Assembly (NCBI GenBank): GCA_964585935.1
Contig: CAZPFO010000005.1
Location: 1-61,403, forward strand
Source: an uncultured Methanosarcinales archaeon
GTDB taxonomy: Archaea; Nanobdellota; Nanobdellia; Woesearchaeales; GW2011-AR4
Reading direction: 5' to 3'
DNA: 61,403 bases
The number at the start of each line of letters is the position of its first letter. Position 1 is the first letter of the stretch. Shown here one piece after another: positions 19,097 to 28,587 of this stretch. A program made the position numbers and the translations under genes. A model generated the notes under the pieces. It was not told where the DNA came from. It was given only the letters and a program-made list of their open reading frames with translations, and ran no database searches.

Positions 19097-20110
19097 ATGA
19101 AAGAAGCTTTGTATTATACTGAAGAATTCAAGAATAAAAAAGATTTAGTGCAGTGCAAGCTCTGTCCCTGGAACTGCATCATTAAAGATAGCAAATCTGG
19201 AAATTGTGGTGTAAGGAAAAACATAAAAGGTAAATTACATTCAATGGTGTATGGAAAAGCTGTTTCTGTTGCTATTGACCCTATAGAAAAAAAGCCTTTG
19301 TTTCATTTTCAACCTGGAAGTAAAATTTTAAGCTGGGGGACTGTTGGATGTAATCTGCACTGCAAGCACTGCCAGAACTGGGAAACATCGCAAGCAAAGG
19401 CTGGTGAATACCATGAAGAGTGTTTAAAGCCAGCAGACTTAATAAAAGCTGCAATTAAAAATAATTGCCATAGTATAGCTGCAACATATAATGAGCCGAC
19501 TGTTTTTTATGAGTATATGCATGACACTTTCAAATTGGCAAAAGGAAAAAACCTCAAAACAGTTTCAGTCACAAATGGTTTCATCAATGAAAAGCCGTTA
19601 AAAGACTTATTGCCTTATCTGGATGCTGTAAATGTTGACTTAAAGTCTTTTGATGAAACTTTTTATAGGAAAATAACTACTGCCAAGCTTGAGCCTGTTT
19701 TAAATACTTTAAAGGTTATTAATAAAAGCAAAACATGGCTGGAAATTACAAATTTAATTATCCCGGCCCTGAATGACGATATAAAAGAGATAAAAAAAAT
19801 GTGTGAGTGGGTCAGAGATAATTTAGGGACTAGAGTGCCATTACATTTCTCTGCTTTTTACCCTTGCTATAAGCTGATGGATTTAGAGCCTACTTCAGAA
19901 AATATCCTGATTAAGGCAAGAGATACTGCAAAAAAAGTAGGATTGAAGTATGTTTATATGGGTAATGTAAGAACAGAGGATGGAGAGAGTACTTACTGCC
20001 CAAAATGTAAAAAAGAGTTAATTAAAAGAAGCGGTTTTTCTGTTACAGCTGATGATCTTAAGAGTAATAAATGTAAATATTGTGATGAGAAGGTTGATGG
20101 TGTTTTTTAA
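19097..20110 (+). CDS. radical SAM enzyme, AmmeMemoRadiSam/PflA-like type
   Basis: CKLCPWNC, DPIEKKPLFHF, CNLHCKHCQNW (CxxxCxxC), YNEPT, C-terminal CPKC. Confidence 0.9.
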   Translation: MKEALYYTEEFKNKKDLVQCKLCPWNCIIKDSKSGNCGVRKNIKGKLHSMVYGKAVSVAIDPIEKKPLFHFQPGSKILSWGTVGCNLHCKHCQNWETSQAKAGEYHEECLKPADLIKAAIKNNCHSIAATYNEPTVFYEYMHDTFKLAKGKNLKTVSVTNGFINEKPLKDLLPYLDAVNVDLKSFDETFYRKITTAKLEPVLNTLKVINKSKTWLEITNLIIPALNDDIKEIKKMCEWVRDNLGTRVPLHFSAFYPCYKLMDLEPTSENILIKARDTAKKVGLKYVYMGNVRTEDGESTYCPKCKKELIKRSGFSVTADDLKSNKCKYCDEKVDGVF

Positions 20111-20123
20111 TCAATAAAAAAAC

Positions 20124-20215
20124 TCAATAAATAAAATTATCAATAAAAATTAAAAAATCAACCAATGAGCGCACAAACACTGCACATTTAGTTGCGAGTG
20201 TGGTTGTTCAGCCGT
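20124..20215. repeat. A-rich intergenic repeat (copy 2) followed by potential stem-loop
   Basis: Shares two blocks with 10987-11062; CAACCA...TGGTTG and ACACT...AGTGT complementary segments. Confidence 0.65.
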
Positions 20216-20399
20216 TTTTTTATTTTAAGATTAAAAGAAATAAAAATTAATAAAAAAACTCAGATGATGAAAGCGCAAATAATTGTGCATGCAGAACATA
20301 AACAATGATAAAGGTAAATTGATTAAAATTTTCAAAAAAGATATTTTATCCTCTCTTACCCCAAATATTTAAATATCGAACTACATCTCTTCTACAAAG

Positions 20400-20897
20400 G
20401 TGATTATCATGGATGAAAATAAACAAAAGATAATTGAAATACTTAAGGATGATGCAAGGAAAACTCCGAATGAGATGGGGGTTATGCTTAATCTGGATGA
20501 GGATAAAGTAAAATCAACAATAAAAGAGCTGGAAAAAGACAAGATAATCCTGAAATATAAGGCTGTTATTGACCAAGACAAGGTTAATGAGCTGGTTGAA
20601 GCATTGATTGAGGTTAAGGTAACGCCGGAAAGGGACTATGGCTTTGATAAGGTTGCTGAGAGAATTGGAAATTTTCCCGAGGTAAAGAGCCTTTTTTTGC
20701 TTTCAGGCGGTTATGATTTGATTGTTATTATTGAAGGGCATTCCCTAAAAAACATAGCAGCATTTGTTTCAGAAAAGCTATCTACAATTCCTGGTGTTAA
20801 TGGCACAGCCACTCACTTTCTTCTGAAAAAATACAAAGAGGACGGGATTGTGTTTGGTGAAAAAGAAAAAAACAAAAGACTGAAGGTTACGCCATGA
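20400..20897 (+). CDS. Lrp/AsnC family transcriptional regulator
   Basis: N-terminal HTH, FPEVKSLFLLSGGYDL RAM domain; overlaps downstream aminotransferase start. Confidence 0.9.
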   Translation: MIIMDENKQKIIEILKDDARKTPNEMGVMLNLDEDKVKSTIKELEKDKIILKYKAVIDQDKVNELVEALIEVKVTPERDYGFDKVAERIGNFPEVKSLFLLSGGYDLIVIIEGHSLKNIAAFVSEKLSTIPGVNGTATHFLLKKYKEDGIVFGEKEKNKRLKVTP

Positions 20898-22045
20898 ACA
20901 GAAATATAGAGCTTATACCTCCTTCCGGGATAAGGAAATTTTTTGATCTTGTTATGGCAGCTGAAGGCATAATCTCCCTAGGTGTTGGAGAGCCTGATTT
21001 TATAACTCCGTGGCACATAAGAGAAAGCTCGATTTATTCTCTGGAGAAAGGGTATACTACATACACTTCAAACAACGGATTACCTGAATTAAGGGAAAAA
21101 TTAGCTGAGAAGCTCCAAAAAGAAGATAATATTGATTACAATCCTGAGGATGAATTATTAATCACAGTTGGTGTAAGTGAAGGATTTGATTTAGCGCTAA
21201 GAGCATTGCTTAATCAGGGTGATGAGGTGATAATACCAGAGCCTTGCTTTGTTTCATATAATCCATTGACTATCCTTAATAATGCTGTGCCTGTTACAGT
21301 AGAGACAAAAGAAGAGGATAATTTTGAAGTTATCCCAGATATGGTTAAGGAAAAAATAACAAAAAAGACAAAAGCGATAGTGCTTAACTATCCAAACAAT
21401 CCAACTGGCGCTACAATCAATAAAAAAATAATGGAAGAGATTGCTGCTTTGGCAATAGAGCATGATTTTTATGTAATTTCTGATGAGATTTATGGAGATT
21501 TGACTTATGAAGGCAGCCATACGTGCTTTTCCTCTTTGAATGGTATGAAAGAGAAAACAATATTGCTCAATGGTTTCTCAAAGTCTTACGCAATGACTGG
21601 GTTAAGGGTAGGGTATGTTGCAGCGCCTAAAGAAATATCAAATGCAATGAGTAAGATACATCAATATTCAATAATGTGTGCTCCGACAACAGGTCAGGCA
21701 GCAGCATTAGAAGCTTTAAAGAATGGGAAAAAAGATTTAATGAAGATGAAAGAAGAATACAACAAAAGGAGAAGAGTTATTGTAAAAAGGCTTAATGAGA
21801 TTGGACTAAACTGTTTTAATCCAAAAGGGGCTTTTTATGCTTTTCCAAGTGTTAAAGCTACTGGGTTGTCTTCAGAAAAGTTCTGTGAAGAATTGCTAAA
21901 AAAAGAGAAAGTTGCTGTTGTGCCTGGAACTGCTTTTGGAGGTTATGGTGAAGGATATATCAGATGTTCTTATGCAACTTCTATGGAAGAGATTAACGAA
22001 GCTTTGGAGAGGATAAGCAAATTCTGCTCTCAGTTTGTGAAATAA
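20894..22045 (+). CDS. class I/II PLP-dependent aminotransferase
   Basis: ISLGVGEPDF, NYPNNPTG, SDEIY, NGFSKSYAMTGLRVG, GAFY, RCSYA. Confidence 0.95.
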   Translation: MNRNIELIPPSGIRKFFDLVMAAEGIISLGVGEPDFITPWHIRESSIYSLEKGYTTYTSNNGLPELREKLAEKLQKEDNIDYNPEDELLITVGVSEGFDLALRALLNQGDEVIIPEPCFVSYNPLTILNNAVPVTVETKEEDNFEVIPDMVKEKITKKTKAIVLNYPNNPTGATINKKIMEEIAALAIEHDFYVISDEIYGDLTYEGSHTCFSSLNGMKEKTILLNGFSKSYAMTGLRVGYVAAPKEISNAMSKIHQYSIMCAPTTGQAAALEALKNGKKDLMKMKEEYNKRRRVIVKRLNEIGLNCFNPKGAFYAFPSVKATGLSSEKFCEELLKKEKVAVVPGTAFGGYGEGYIRCSYATSMEEINEALERISKFCSQFVK

Positions 22046-22110
22046 TAGTAAAAAATTTATATACCAGAACGCTTATACCATTATATATTAAGAAATCAGG
22101 AGGTTAAAAA

Positions 22111-23010
22111 ATGAAAAAATATCTAATATTGGTATTTATAGTATTGATATTCTCGGTGGGATTAGTGTTGGCAGGAAAACCAGATTTACAAGCAGCAAAA
22201 GTAACAAACCCTGCTACAGGAGAACCAAAGAACACTGTGATAATTCCTTCAAAAGCTGTGGAGGTTGCTCCAAATATATTCTATCTAGGAACAGCAACTG
22301 ATAAAGGGAAAGTTGTTGAAGGATACGCATTTATAGATTACAAGAAAGGGTTTGGAAAAGGAACCTGTAACAACAATGGTGTTTGTGAACCAGGACTGGG
22401 AGAGAAAAAAAGTTGTTCAGATTGCAGGAATGGCGGAGGAGAACCAGATAAAAGTTCTTGCTATGGTTTCCTAGCAAAAGGAGCAAAGTGGAAAAGTATT
22501 GAGCCTTATATAGTCAATCCGGCAAATACAAGATGGCTAAATGAGACATTTGTAACAAGCAATTTAGCTATGGATATTGGCAAATGGGAAACAGCAGCCG
22601 GAGTTGATATTCTTGGAGCAGGTTCGACAACAAGCGAAACATTAGTAGCAGACATAGTAAGTCCAGATAACAAGAATGAAGTATACTTTGGAGATATCAG
22701 CGATAGTGGCGCTATTGCAATCACAATTGTATGGGGTATATTCAGTGGACCCCCAAGAAACAGAGAGCTAGTAGAATGGGACCAAGTATATGACCAAGTG
22801 GATTTTGACTGGTCTTCAACAGGAGAAGCAGGAAAAATGGACTTTGAGAATATAGCTACGCACGAGCTTGGCCATAGTGTAGGATTAGATGACCTCTACA
22901 CTACGGGATGTTCAGAGCAGACAATGTATGGCTATGCATCTGAAGGTGAAACTAAAAAGAGAACTTTAGAAAGCGGAGATATAGCAGGAATACAAAAACT
23001 TTATAAATAA
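22111..23010 (+). CDS. secreted matrixin-like (M10) zinc metalloprotease
   Basis: Signal peptide; HELGHSVGLDD (HExxH zinc-binding motif) plus Met-turn TMYG; small Cys-rich insert. Confidence 0.85.
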   Translation: MKKYLILVFIVLIFSVGLVLAGKPDLQAAKVTNPATGEPKNTVIIPSKAVEVAPNIFYLGTATDKGKVVEGYAFIDYKKGFGKGTCNNNGVCEPGLGEKKSCSDCRNGGGEPDKSSCYGFLAKGAKWKSIEPYIVNPANTRWLNETFVTSNLAMDIGKWETAAGVDILGAGSTTSETLVADIVSPDNKNEVYFGDISDSGAIAITIVWGIFSGPPRNRELVEWDQVYDQVDFDWSSTGEAGKMDFENIATHELGHSVGLDDLYTTGCSEQTMYGYASEGETKKRTLESGDIAGIQKLYK

Positions 23011-23072
23011 ATTTTTTATTTTTTTCTTTTACAATCTAAACATTTTTAAAGTTTAATAACTTCTCATTCTTT

Positions 23073-23498
23073 ATGGAGAAATACAAATTCCTTGAGCATA
23101 CAGCAGATGCCAAGTTTCAGGCGTTTGGGAAGAACATGGAAGAGGCTTTTGGCAATGCAGCTTTAGCTATGTTTTCGATAATTACAGATACAAAAAAGAT
23201 AAAGGAAAAGATGAAAAAAGGCATTGCAGCAGAAGGACATGATCTTAAGTCATTGCTTTATAATTTTTTAGAGGAATTGTTGTTTTTGATAGACACTGAG
23301 CATTATTTATTGAATCATGTTGAAGATATAAAGATGCATAAAAAAGACGGAAAGTATTTTGTTGAGGCAATAGCGGTTGGTGACAGATATTCCGACCAGT
23401 ATGAGGCTCATGGCGATATTAAAGCTGTTACGTACAATGAGATGGAAATAAAAGAGGAAAATGGCAAGGTCATGGTGCAGGTTGTTTTGGATTTGTGA
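23073..23498 (+). CDS. archease
   Basis: YKFLEHTAD N-terminus, IKAVTYNEM, VVLDL C-terminus; adjacent to rtcB. Confidence 0.93.
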   Translation: MEKYKFLEHTADAKFQAFGKNMEEAFGNAALAMFSIITDTKKIKEKMKKGIAAEGHDLKSLLYNFLEELLFLIDTEHYLLNHVEDIKMHKKDGKYFVEAIAVGDRYSDQYEAHGDIKAVTYNEMEIKEENGKVMVQVVLDL

Positions 23499-23560
23499 TT
23501 TTTAAGATTTTTAATTGATAAACTATTTAAAGAGGGTGAGAATCCTGGACTGTTGTTAAA

Positions 23561-24976
23561 ATGGAATTAAAAAAAATATCAGAATTTGAATGGGAACTGC
23601 CAAAGGAAGGTGCTATGAGAGTACCGGGTATTATATATGCTTCTGAAAAACTTCTTGAAAAAATAAAACAAGACAAAACACTGGAGCAGGTAAAAAATGT
23701 TGCATGCCTTAAGGGGATACAGAGAGCATCTTATGCTATGCCAGACGCGCATCAGGGTTATGGGTTTAGTATAGGTGGTGTTGCAGCATTTGATATGGAA
23801 GAAGGAGTTATTTCTCCAGGCGGAGTAGGGTATGATATTAATTGCGGTGTTAGGCTGTTAAGAACAGACCTCAAAGCAGATGATGTTCTGTCAAAAAGAA
23901 AACAATTGCTAGATGAAATTTACAAAGAAGTCCCTGCTGGAGTTGGCAAAGGAGGCATTACAAAACTTTCCAAAGATGTTTTGATGGAAGTCTTAAGCAA
24001 GGGAGCAAGGTGGGCTGTTGAAAATGGTTATGGGGCTAAAGAAGATTTGCAGAAAACAGAAGAATATGGCAATATGAAAGCGAATGCTCATGATGTTTCT
24101 GAAAAGGCCTTGAAAAGGGGGATTCCTCAATTAGGGACTTTAGGAGCTGGAAATCATTTTCTTGAAATGCAGAAAGTTGATCAGATTTTTGACAAAGAAG
24201 TTGCAAAAAGTTTTGGTGTTGAAGAAGAAGGCCAGGTAATGGTAATGATTCATTGCGGTTCAAGAGGGCTAGGGCATCAGGTTGCTTCGGATTATATCCG
24301 GAAGATGGAAGATAAGTATGGTGTTGAGGGTTTGCCTGATAGAGAATTGATTAATGCGCCAATAAAATCAGAGCTTGGCCAGAAATATTACAATGCAATG
24401 TGCGCTTCTGTTAATTTTGCATTTGCCAACAGGCAGATGATAGCTCACTGGACAAGGGATGTTTTCAAAAAGGTTTTTGGAAGCTCAGATGGGATGCAGC
24501 AAGTTTATGATGTATGTCACAATCTTGCGAAATTTGAAAAACATGAAGTGGATGGTGAAACAAAAGAAGTCTGCGTTCACAGAAAAGGCGCAACCCGCTC
24601 TTTCGGACCTGGAAGGGAAGAGGTTCCGGAAGTTTACAGGAAAATTGGACAGCCAGTTATTATACCTGGGAGTATGGGAACAGCATCTTATCTATTAACA
24701 GGCACGAAAAAGGCTGAGGAGATAAGCTTTGGAAGCACTGCTCATGGTGCTGGAAGGGTAGGTTCAAGATCAGAAGCATTAAGGACATTGAGAGGGGAGC
24801 AGGTAGCCAAGGATTTGGCAAATAAAGGCATAGAAGTTAAGGGCTCATGGAGAGGGCTTGCAGAGGAGGCGCCTCAGATGTATAAGGATATTGATGAGGT
24901 GGTTAATGTAAGCCATAAGTTGGGGATAGGTAATTTAGTTGCAAGATTTGTACCTTTGGCAGTCATGAAGGGCTGA
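23561..24976 (+). CDS. rtcB: RNA-splicing ligase RtcB
   Basis: MPDAHQGYGF, GYDINCG, GTLGAGNHFLE, HCGSRG, HRKGAT, HGAGR. Confidence 0.97.
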   Translation: MELKKISEFEWELPKEGAMRVPGIIYASEKLLEKIKQDKTLEQVKNVACLKGIQRASYAMPDAHQGYGFSIGGVAAFDMEEGVISPGGVGYDINCGVRLLRTDLKADDVLSKRKQLLDEIYKEVPAGVGKGGITKLSKDVLMEVLSKGARWAVENGYGAKEDLQKTEEYGNMKANAHDVSEKALKRGIPQLGTLGAGNHFLEMQKVDQIFDKEVAKSFGVEEEGQVMVMIHCGSRGLGHQVASDYIRKMEDKYGVEGLPDRELINAPIKSELGQKYYNAMCASVNFAFANRQMIAHWTRDVFKKVFGSSDGMQQVYDVCHNLAKFEKHEVDGETKEVCVHRKGATRSFGPGREEVPEVYRKIGQPVIIPGSMGTASYLLTGTKKAEEISFGSTAHGAGRVGSRSEALRTLRGEQVAKDLANKGIEVKGSWRGLAEEAPQMYKDIDEVVNVSHKLGIGNLVARFVPLAVMKG

Positions 24977-25043
24977 AAGGTATAATCTCAAAACATATAA
25001 TCCATAACCCAAATATTTAAATATTACTTATGTTTAAGGGTAT

Positions 25044-25091
25044 ATACAACATATTGTATCTATTTTATAATTTAACCACAACATATTGTGT
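25044..25091 (+). promoter_or_regulatory. tandem NrdR boxes upstream of nrdJ
   Basis: ATACAACATATTGTAT (25044-25059) and CCACAACATATTGTGT (25076-25091), 32 bp apart, fit acaCwAtATaTwGtgt. Confidence 0.88.
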
Positions 25092-25100
25092 TTTGTCTGA

Positions 25101-28100
25101 ATGGTAAAAATGGTTGGCAAGATAACAAAACGGGATGGAAGAGTCGTCGATTTTGAAAAAGAAAAAATAACAGAAGCTATTTTCAAGGCTGCTGAGGCTG
25201 TTGGCGGCAAAGACAAGGAAACAGCAGAAAAGATTTCTGATGAGGTTATCAAAGAAGTAGAATCGAAGTTTAAAGAAAAAATACCCAGTGTTGAAGAAGT
25301 TCAGGATATAGTTGAAAAAACTTTAATTGAAAAAGGACATGCAACAACTGCAAAGGCCTATATCATTTACAGGCAGAAAAGGGCAGAGGAAAGAAAAACA
25401 AAGGCAGCAGTTATTGGCAAGGTTGTTGAGACAAAGCTTTCAGTTAATGCCCTCAAGGTTCTGAAGGAAAGATATCTTCTGAAGGATGATGAGGGAGATG
25501 TTATTGAGACTCCAAATGACTTGTTCAGGAGGGTAGCAAAAAATATTGCACATGCTGATTTGAATTATAATATCAAAAATGCAAAAGATAGTGAAGAGAA
25601 ATTCTATAATCTGATGGCTAATCTGGATTTTTTACCCAATAGCCCAACCTTGATGAATGCAGGCACAGACATACAGCAGTTAGCTGCTTGCTTTGTTCTG
25701 CCTATAGAAGACAGCATGGAAGGAATCTTCAAGACATTGATGCATGCTGCAATAATACATAAAAGCGGGGGAGGCACGGGTTTTTCTTTTTCAAGGCTCA
25801 GGTCAAGGAGCTCTCGCGTTAAATCAACACAGGGTGTTGCCTCAGGACCGGTTTCATTTCTAACCGTATATAATGCTGCAACTGATGTCATAAAGCAAGG
25901 CGGAAAAAGAAGAGGGGCTAATATGGGTATATTAAAGATTGACCATCCAGATATCCTGGATTTTATAAACTGCAAGGAAAAGAATGATGCTATAACTAAT
26001 TTTAATATTTCGGTTGCGCTGACGGAGGAGTTTGTGAGTGCTGTTGAAAAGAATGAAGAGTATAGTTTAATAGATCCTTCTAACAGGGAAGAGGTTACAA
26101 AGTTAAATGCTACTACTGTTTTTGACCTGATTGTTGCTGGTGCATGGCGCAATGGAGACCCCGGAATTGTTTTTATTGACAGGATAAACAAAGATAATCC
26201 AACTCCTGGTTTAGGGAATATAGAGGCTACTAATCCATGCGTAATTGGCAGTACCCTTATACCGACTGAATTGGGATTAATAAGGATGGAAGAATTGTAT
26301 AAAAAATACTCAGATGGGGGAGCCAGTATAGTTACTGATAACAGAGTCCCTATCCAACATGGTAGCGGAGGGCAAAAATTATTAATGTCAAATAAATCAG
26401 AAGGAGTTACCTTAAGACAGATTACAAGAGTTCTTAATAACGGAAAGAAGAAAGTTGTAAAAATAGTTACAAAATCAGGTTATGAAGTAGTTGTAACTAA
26501 AGATCATAAAGTTTTCTCATCAAATAAAGAATGGGTAAAAGTTGAGGAACTTAAAACAGGAGATAAAGTATGTATACAAAGCGGAGCAGGTGTTTTCAAT
26601 TCGGATAAAAAATTAAAAATTGATTTTGAAAAAATAAATAAATTATCAAAACGTATGAATTTGCCTGCAGAATGGTCAAAAGAGCTTGGGCAGGTTTTAG
26701 GTTGGTTGGTTGGCGATGGTTGGTTGAGAGATAAGGATGAAAACTGCAGAGCAGGTTTTGTTTTTGGAGAAGAAGATAAAAAACTTTTAGATTATTTTAA
26801 GAAGATATTAAATAAGTATTATAACCACAATATAAAAGAAATTAAAAGAGAAAACAGAGTATTTCATCTTTCTTATCATGGAAGAGGATTTGTAGAATTT
26901 TTCAAGGAATTAGGTGTAAAAGCTGTTTCATCAAAATACAAAGTGGTTCCTGAATCTATATTTACCTCAACAGAAGAAGCAGTTGTTGGTTTCTTACAGG
27001 CCTTGTTTACAGCAGACGGCACTATTGGCAAAAAGGACAAAGAGATAAGGCTAACATCATCCTCAAAAAAACTATTGAAAGGTGTTCAGCTGTTATTATT
27101 GAACATGGGCATGAAATCGAAAATTTATTCAAGGAAATATAGCAATTCTAAACCATTTACTTACAAAACAATTAATGGTGAAGACCGAGTTTATCATTCT
27201 GACGGTTTTTATTATGAATTGATAATTGATGGTTTAGGCAGGAGGTTATTTTTGGATAAAATTGGTTTTTTGAATAAAAAACAAGACAAGTTAGCTCGAA
27301 GTGTTAATTTCTGCAAGAAGATGGTCTTTGAGGATGAAATCGTATTAATCAAAGACTGTGGAGAGGAGGTTGTATATGATCTTACAGAACCTGAAACAGT
27401 CAGTTTCATAACAAATGGCATTGTGTCTCTGGATTGCGGTGAACAGCCATTATTGCCTTATGAAGCGTGTAATCTTGGCTCAATAAATTTGGGTAATTTT
27501 GTCAAAGACGAGGGTGTTGATTTGGAACGGCTCAAACAAGTTGTGCATGACTGTACCCATTTTCTTGACAATGTAATTGATATGAGCAAATATCCTATAC
27601 CTGATATAGATAAAATGGTCAGGGCTAACAGAAAAATTGGCCTGGGTGTTATGGGCTGGGCTGATATGCTTGTGCAACTTGGAATTCCTTACAACTCTGA
27701 AGAAGGGATTAAGATGGCTGATAAGATCATGGGCTTCATCAAAGAAGAGGCTGACAAGGCTTCTGTTGAGCTGGCAAAAACCAGGGGAGTATTTCCGAAC
27801 TGGAAAGACAGCATCTACAACAAGGAGAGCAAATTTTTCAAAGGGAATCATATGGAGATAAGGAATGCCACAAGAACAACTATTGCTCCTACTGGCACGA
27901 TTGGTATGATAGCGGATGCATCTGGGGGTGTGGAGCCTTTGTTTGCATTAAGCTATGTTAAGAGGGTTATGGATGGCCAGGAATTGTTTTATGTTGACAA
28001 AAATTTCAAAAAAGCGCTAGAAGAGAATAAAATTTGTGATGAAATCCTGCTGGAGAAAGTTATTGATAAGGGAACTATTGAGAATATTGAGGAGATACCT

Positions 28101-28454
28101 GAAAAGATAAAGAGGGTTTTTGTTGTTGCGCATGATATAACTCCTGAATACCATGTAAAGATGCAGGCAGCTTTCCAGAGAAATATAGACAATGCAGTCT
28201 CGAAGACAGTAAATTTCACCCATGATGCGACTGTTGATGATGTTAAAAATGTTTATATGCTTGCGCATAAATCAGGCTGCAAAGGAGTCACAATATACAG
28301 GGATGGCAGCAAGGGCGAGCAGGTTCTAAACCTGAACATTGACATCAAAAAAGAGAAAAAAGACAAATCAAAGTGCCCTGAATGCAGTGGAAGTATGGTC
28401 ATGGAAGAGGGGTGTGCAAAGTGCCATTCCTGCGGTTATTCTGTTTGCAGCTAG
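25101..28454 (+). CDS. nrdJ: class II (AdoCbl-dependent) ribonucleotide reductase with N-terminal ATP-cone, intein and C-terminal zinc ribbon
   Basis: ITKRDGRVVDF ATP-cone, FLPNSPTLMN, QQLAACFV, KQGGKRRGAN, TNP|CGEQPL split by intein, ACNLGSINL, TIAPTG, SKTVN, KGVTIYRDGS. Confidence 0.95.
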   Translation: MVKMVGKITKRDGRVVDFEKEKITEAIFKAAEAVGGKDKETAEKISDEVIKEVESKFKEKIPSVEEVQDIVEKTLIEKGHATTAKAYIIYRQKRAEERKTKAAVIGKVVETKLSVNALKVLKERYLLKDDEGDVIETPNDLFRRVAKNIAHADLNYNIKNAKDSEEKFYNLMANLDFLPNSPTLMNAGTDIQQLAACFVLPIEDSMEGIFKTLMHAAIIHKSGGGTGFSFSRLRSRSSRVKSTQGVASGPVSFLTVYNAATDVIKQGGKRRGANMGILKIDHPDILDFINCKEKNDAITNFNISVALTEEFVSAVEKNEEYSLIDPSNREEVTKLNATTVFDLIVAGAWRNGDPGIVFIDRINKDNPTPGLGNIEATNPCVIGSTLIPTELGLIRMEELYKKYSDGGASIVTDNRVPIQHGSGGQKLLMSNKSEGVTLRQITRVLNNGKKKVVKIVTKSGYEVVVTKDHKVFSSNKEWVKVEELKTGDKVCIQSGAGVFNSDKKLKIDFEKINKLSKRMNLPAEWSKELGQVLGWLVGDGWLRDKDENCRAGFVFGEEDKKLLDYFKKILNKYYNHNIKEIKRENRVFHLSYHGRGFVEFFKELGVKAVSSKYKVVPESIFTSTEEAVVGFLQALFTADGTIGKKDKEIRLTSSSKKLLKGVQLLLLNMGMKSKIYSRKYSNSKPFTYKTINGEDRVYHSDGFYYELIIDGLGRRLFLDKIGFLNKKQDKLARSVNFCKKMVFEDEIVLIKDCGEEVVYDLTEPETVSFITNGIVSLDCGEQPLLPYEACNLGSINLGNFVKDEGVDLERLKQVVHDCTHFLDNVIDMSKYPIPDIDKMVRANRKIGLGVMGWADMLVQLGIPYNSEEGIKMADKIMGFIKEEADKASVELAKTRGVFPNWKDSIYNKESKFFKGNHMEIRNATRTTIAPTGTIGMIADASGGVEPLFALSYVKRVMDGQELFYVDKNFKKALEENKICDEILLEKVIDKGTIENIEEIPEKIKRVFVVAHDITPEYHVKMQAAFQRNIDNAVSKTVNFTHDATVDDVKNVYMLAHKSGCKGVTIYRDGSKGEQVLNLNIDIKKEKKDKSKCPECSGSMVMEEGCAKCHSCGYSVCS
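26238..27434 (+). mobile_element. intein with LAGLIDADG homing endonuclease (399 aa) at TNP/CGE site of RNR
   Basis: Starts CVIGSTLI; block B VTKDHKV; LAGLIDADG motifs LGWLVGDG and LQALFTADG; block F VYDLT; ends NGIVSLD before C(+1). Confidence 0.95.
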
Positions 28455-28463
28455 ATTTTGTTC

Positions 28464-28568
28464 TGTCAAGAACCGCCAGTCATAGATTAGCGGAATGTTG
28501 TTGCTAGCTGTTAAGCAAGGCGGTTCTTGAGCATGCTCAGAAATTTCTCTGAAAATTTCTGACATTTT
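28464..28568. repeat. palindromic intergenic element (copy B)
   Basis: TCAAGAACCGCC(28466-28477)/GGCGGTTCTTGA(28519-28530); CAGAAATTT(28538-28546)/AAATTTCTG(28553-28561); TGTCA...TGACA ends. Confidence 0.8.
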
Positions 28569-28587
28569 AGTTTAAGGGGGGATATTT

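Noticed and set aside
20264-20335. Possible C/D box sRNA (ATGATGA at 20264-20270)
   Set aside because: No properly placed CTGA D or D-prime boxes downstream
25604-26191. 195-aa antisense ORF (and the many other 60-140-aa shadow ORFs in the track, e.g. 3463, 3835, 14039, 43611, 46925, 47795)
   Set aside because: Lie antisense or out of frame within confidently identified genes; Ser/Phe/Leu-rich composition typical of reverse-strand shadows; no motifs or RBS
28455-28587. Possible cobalamin riboswitch between nrdJ and cobO
   Set aside because: No B12-box or GCCACTG/GGGAA core; sequence instead matches the dispersed palindromic repeat family
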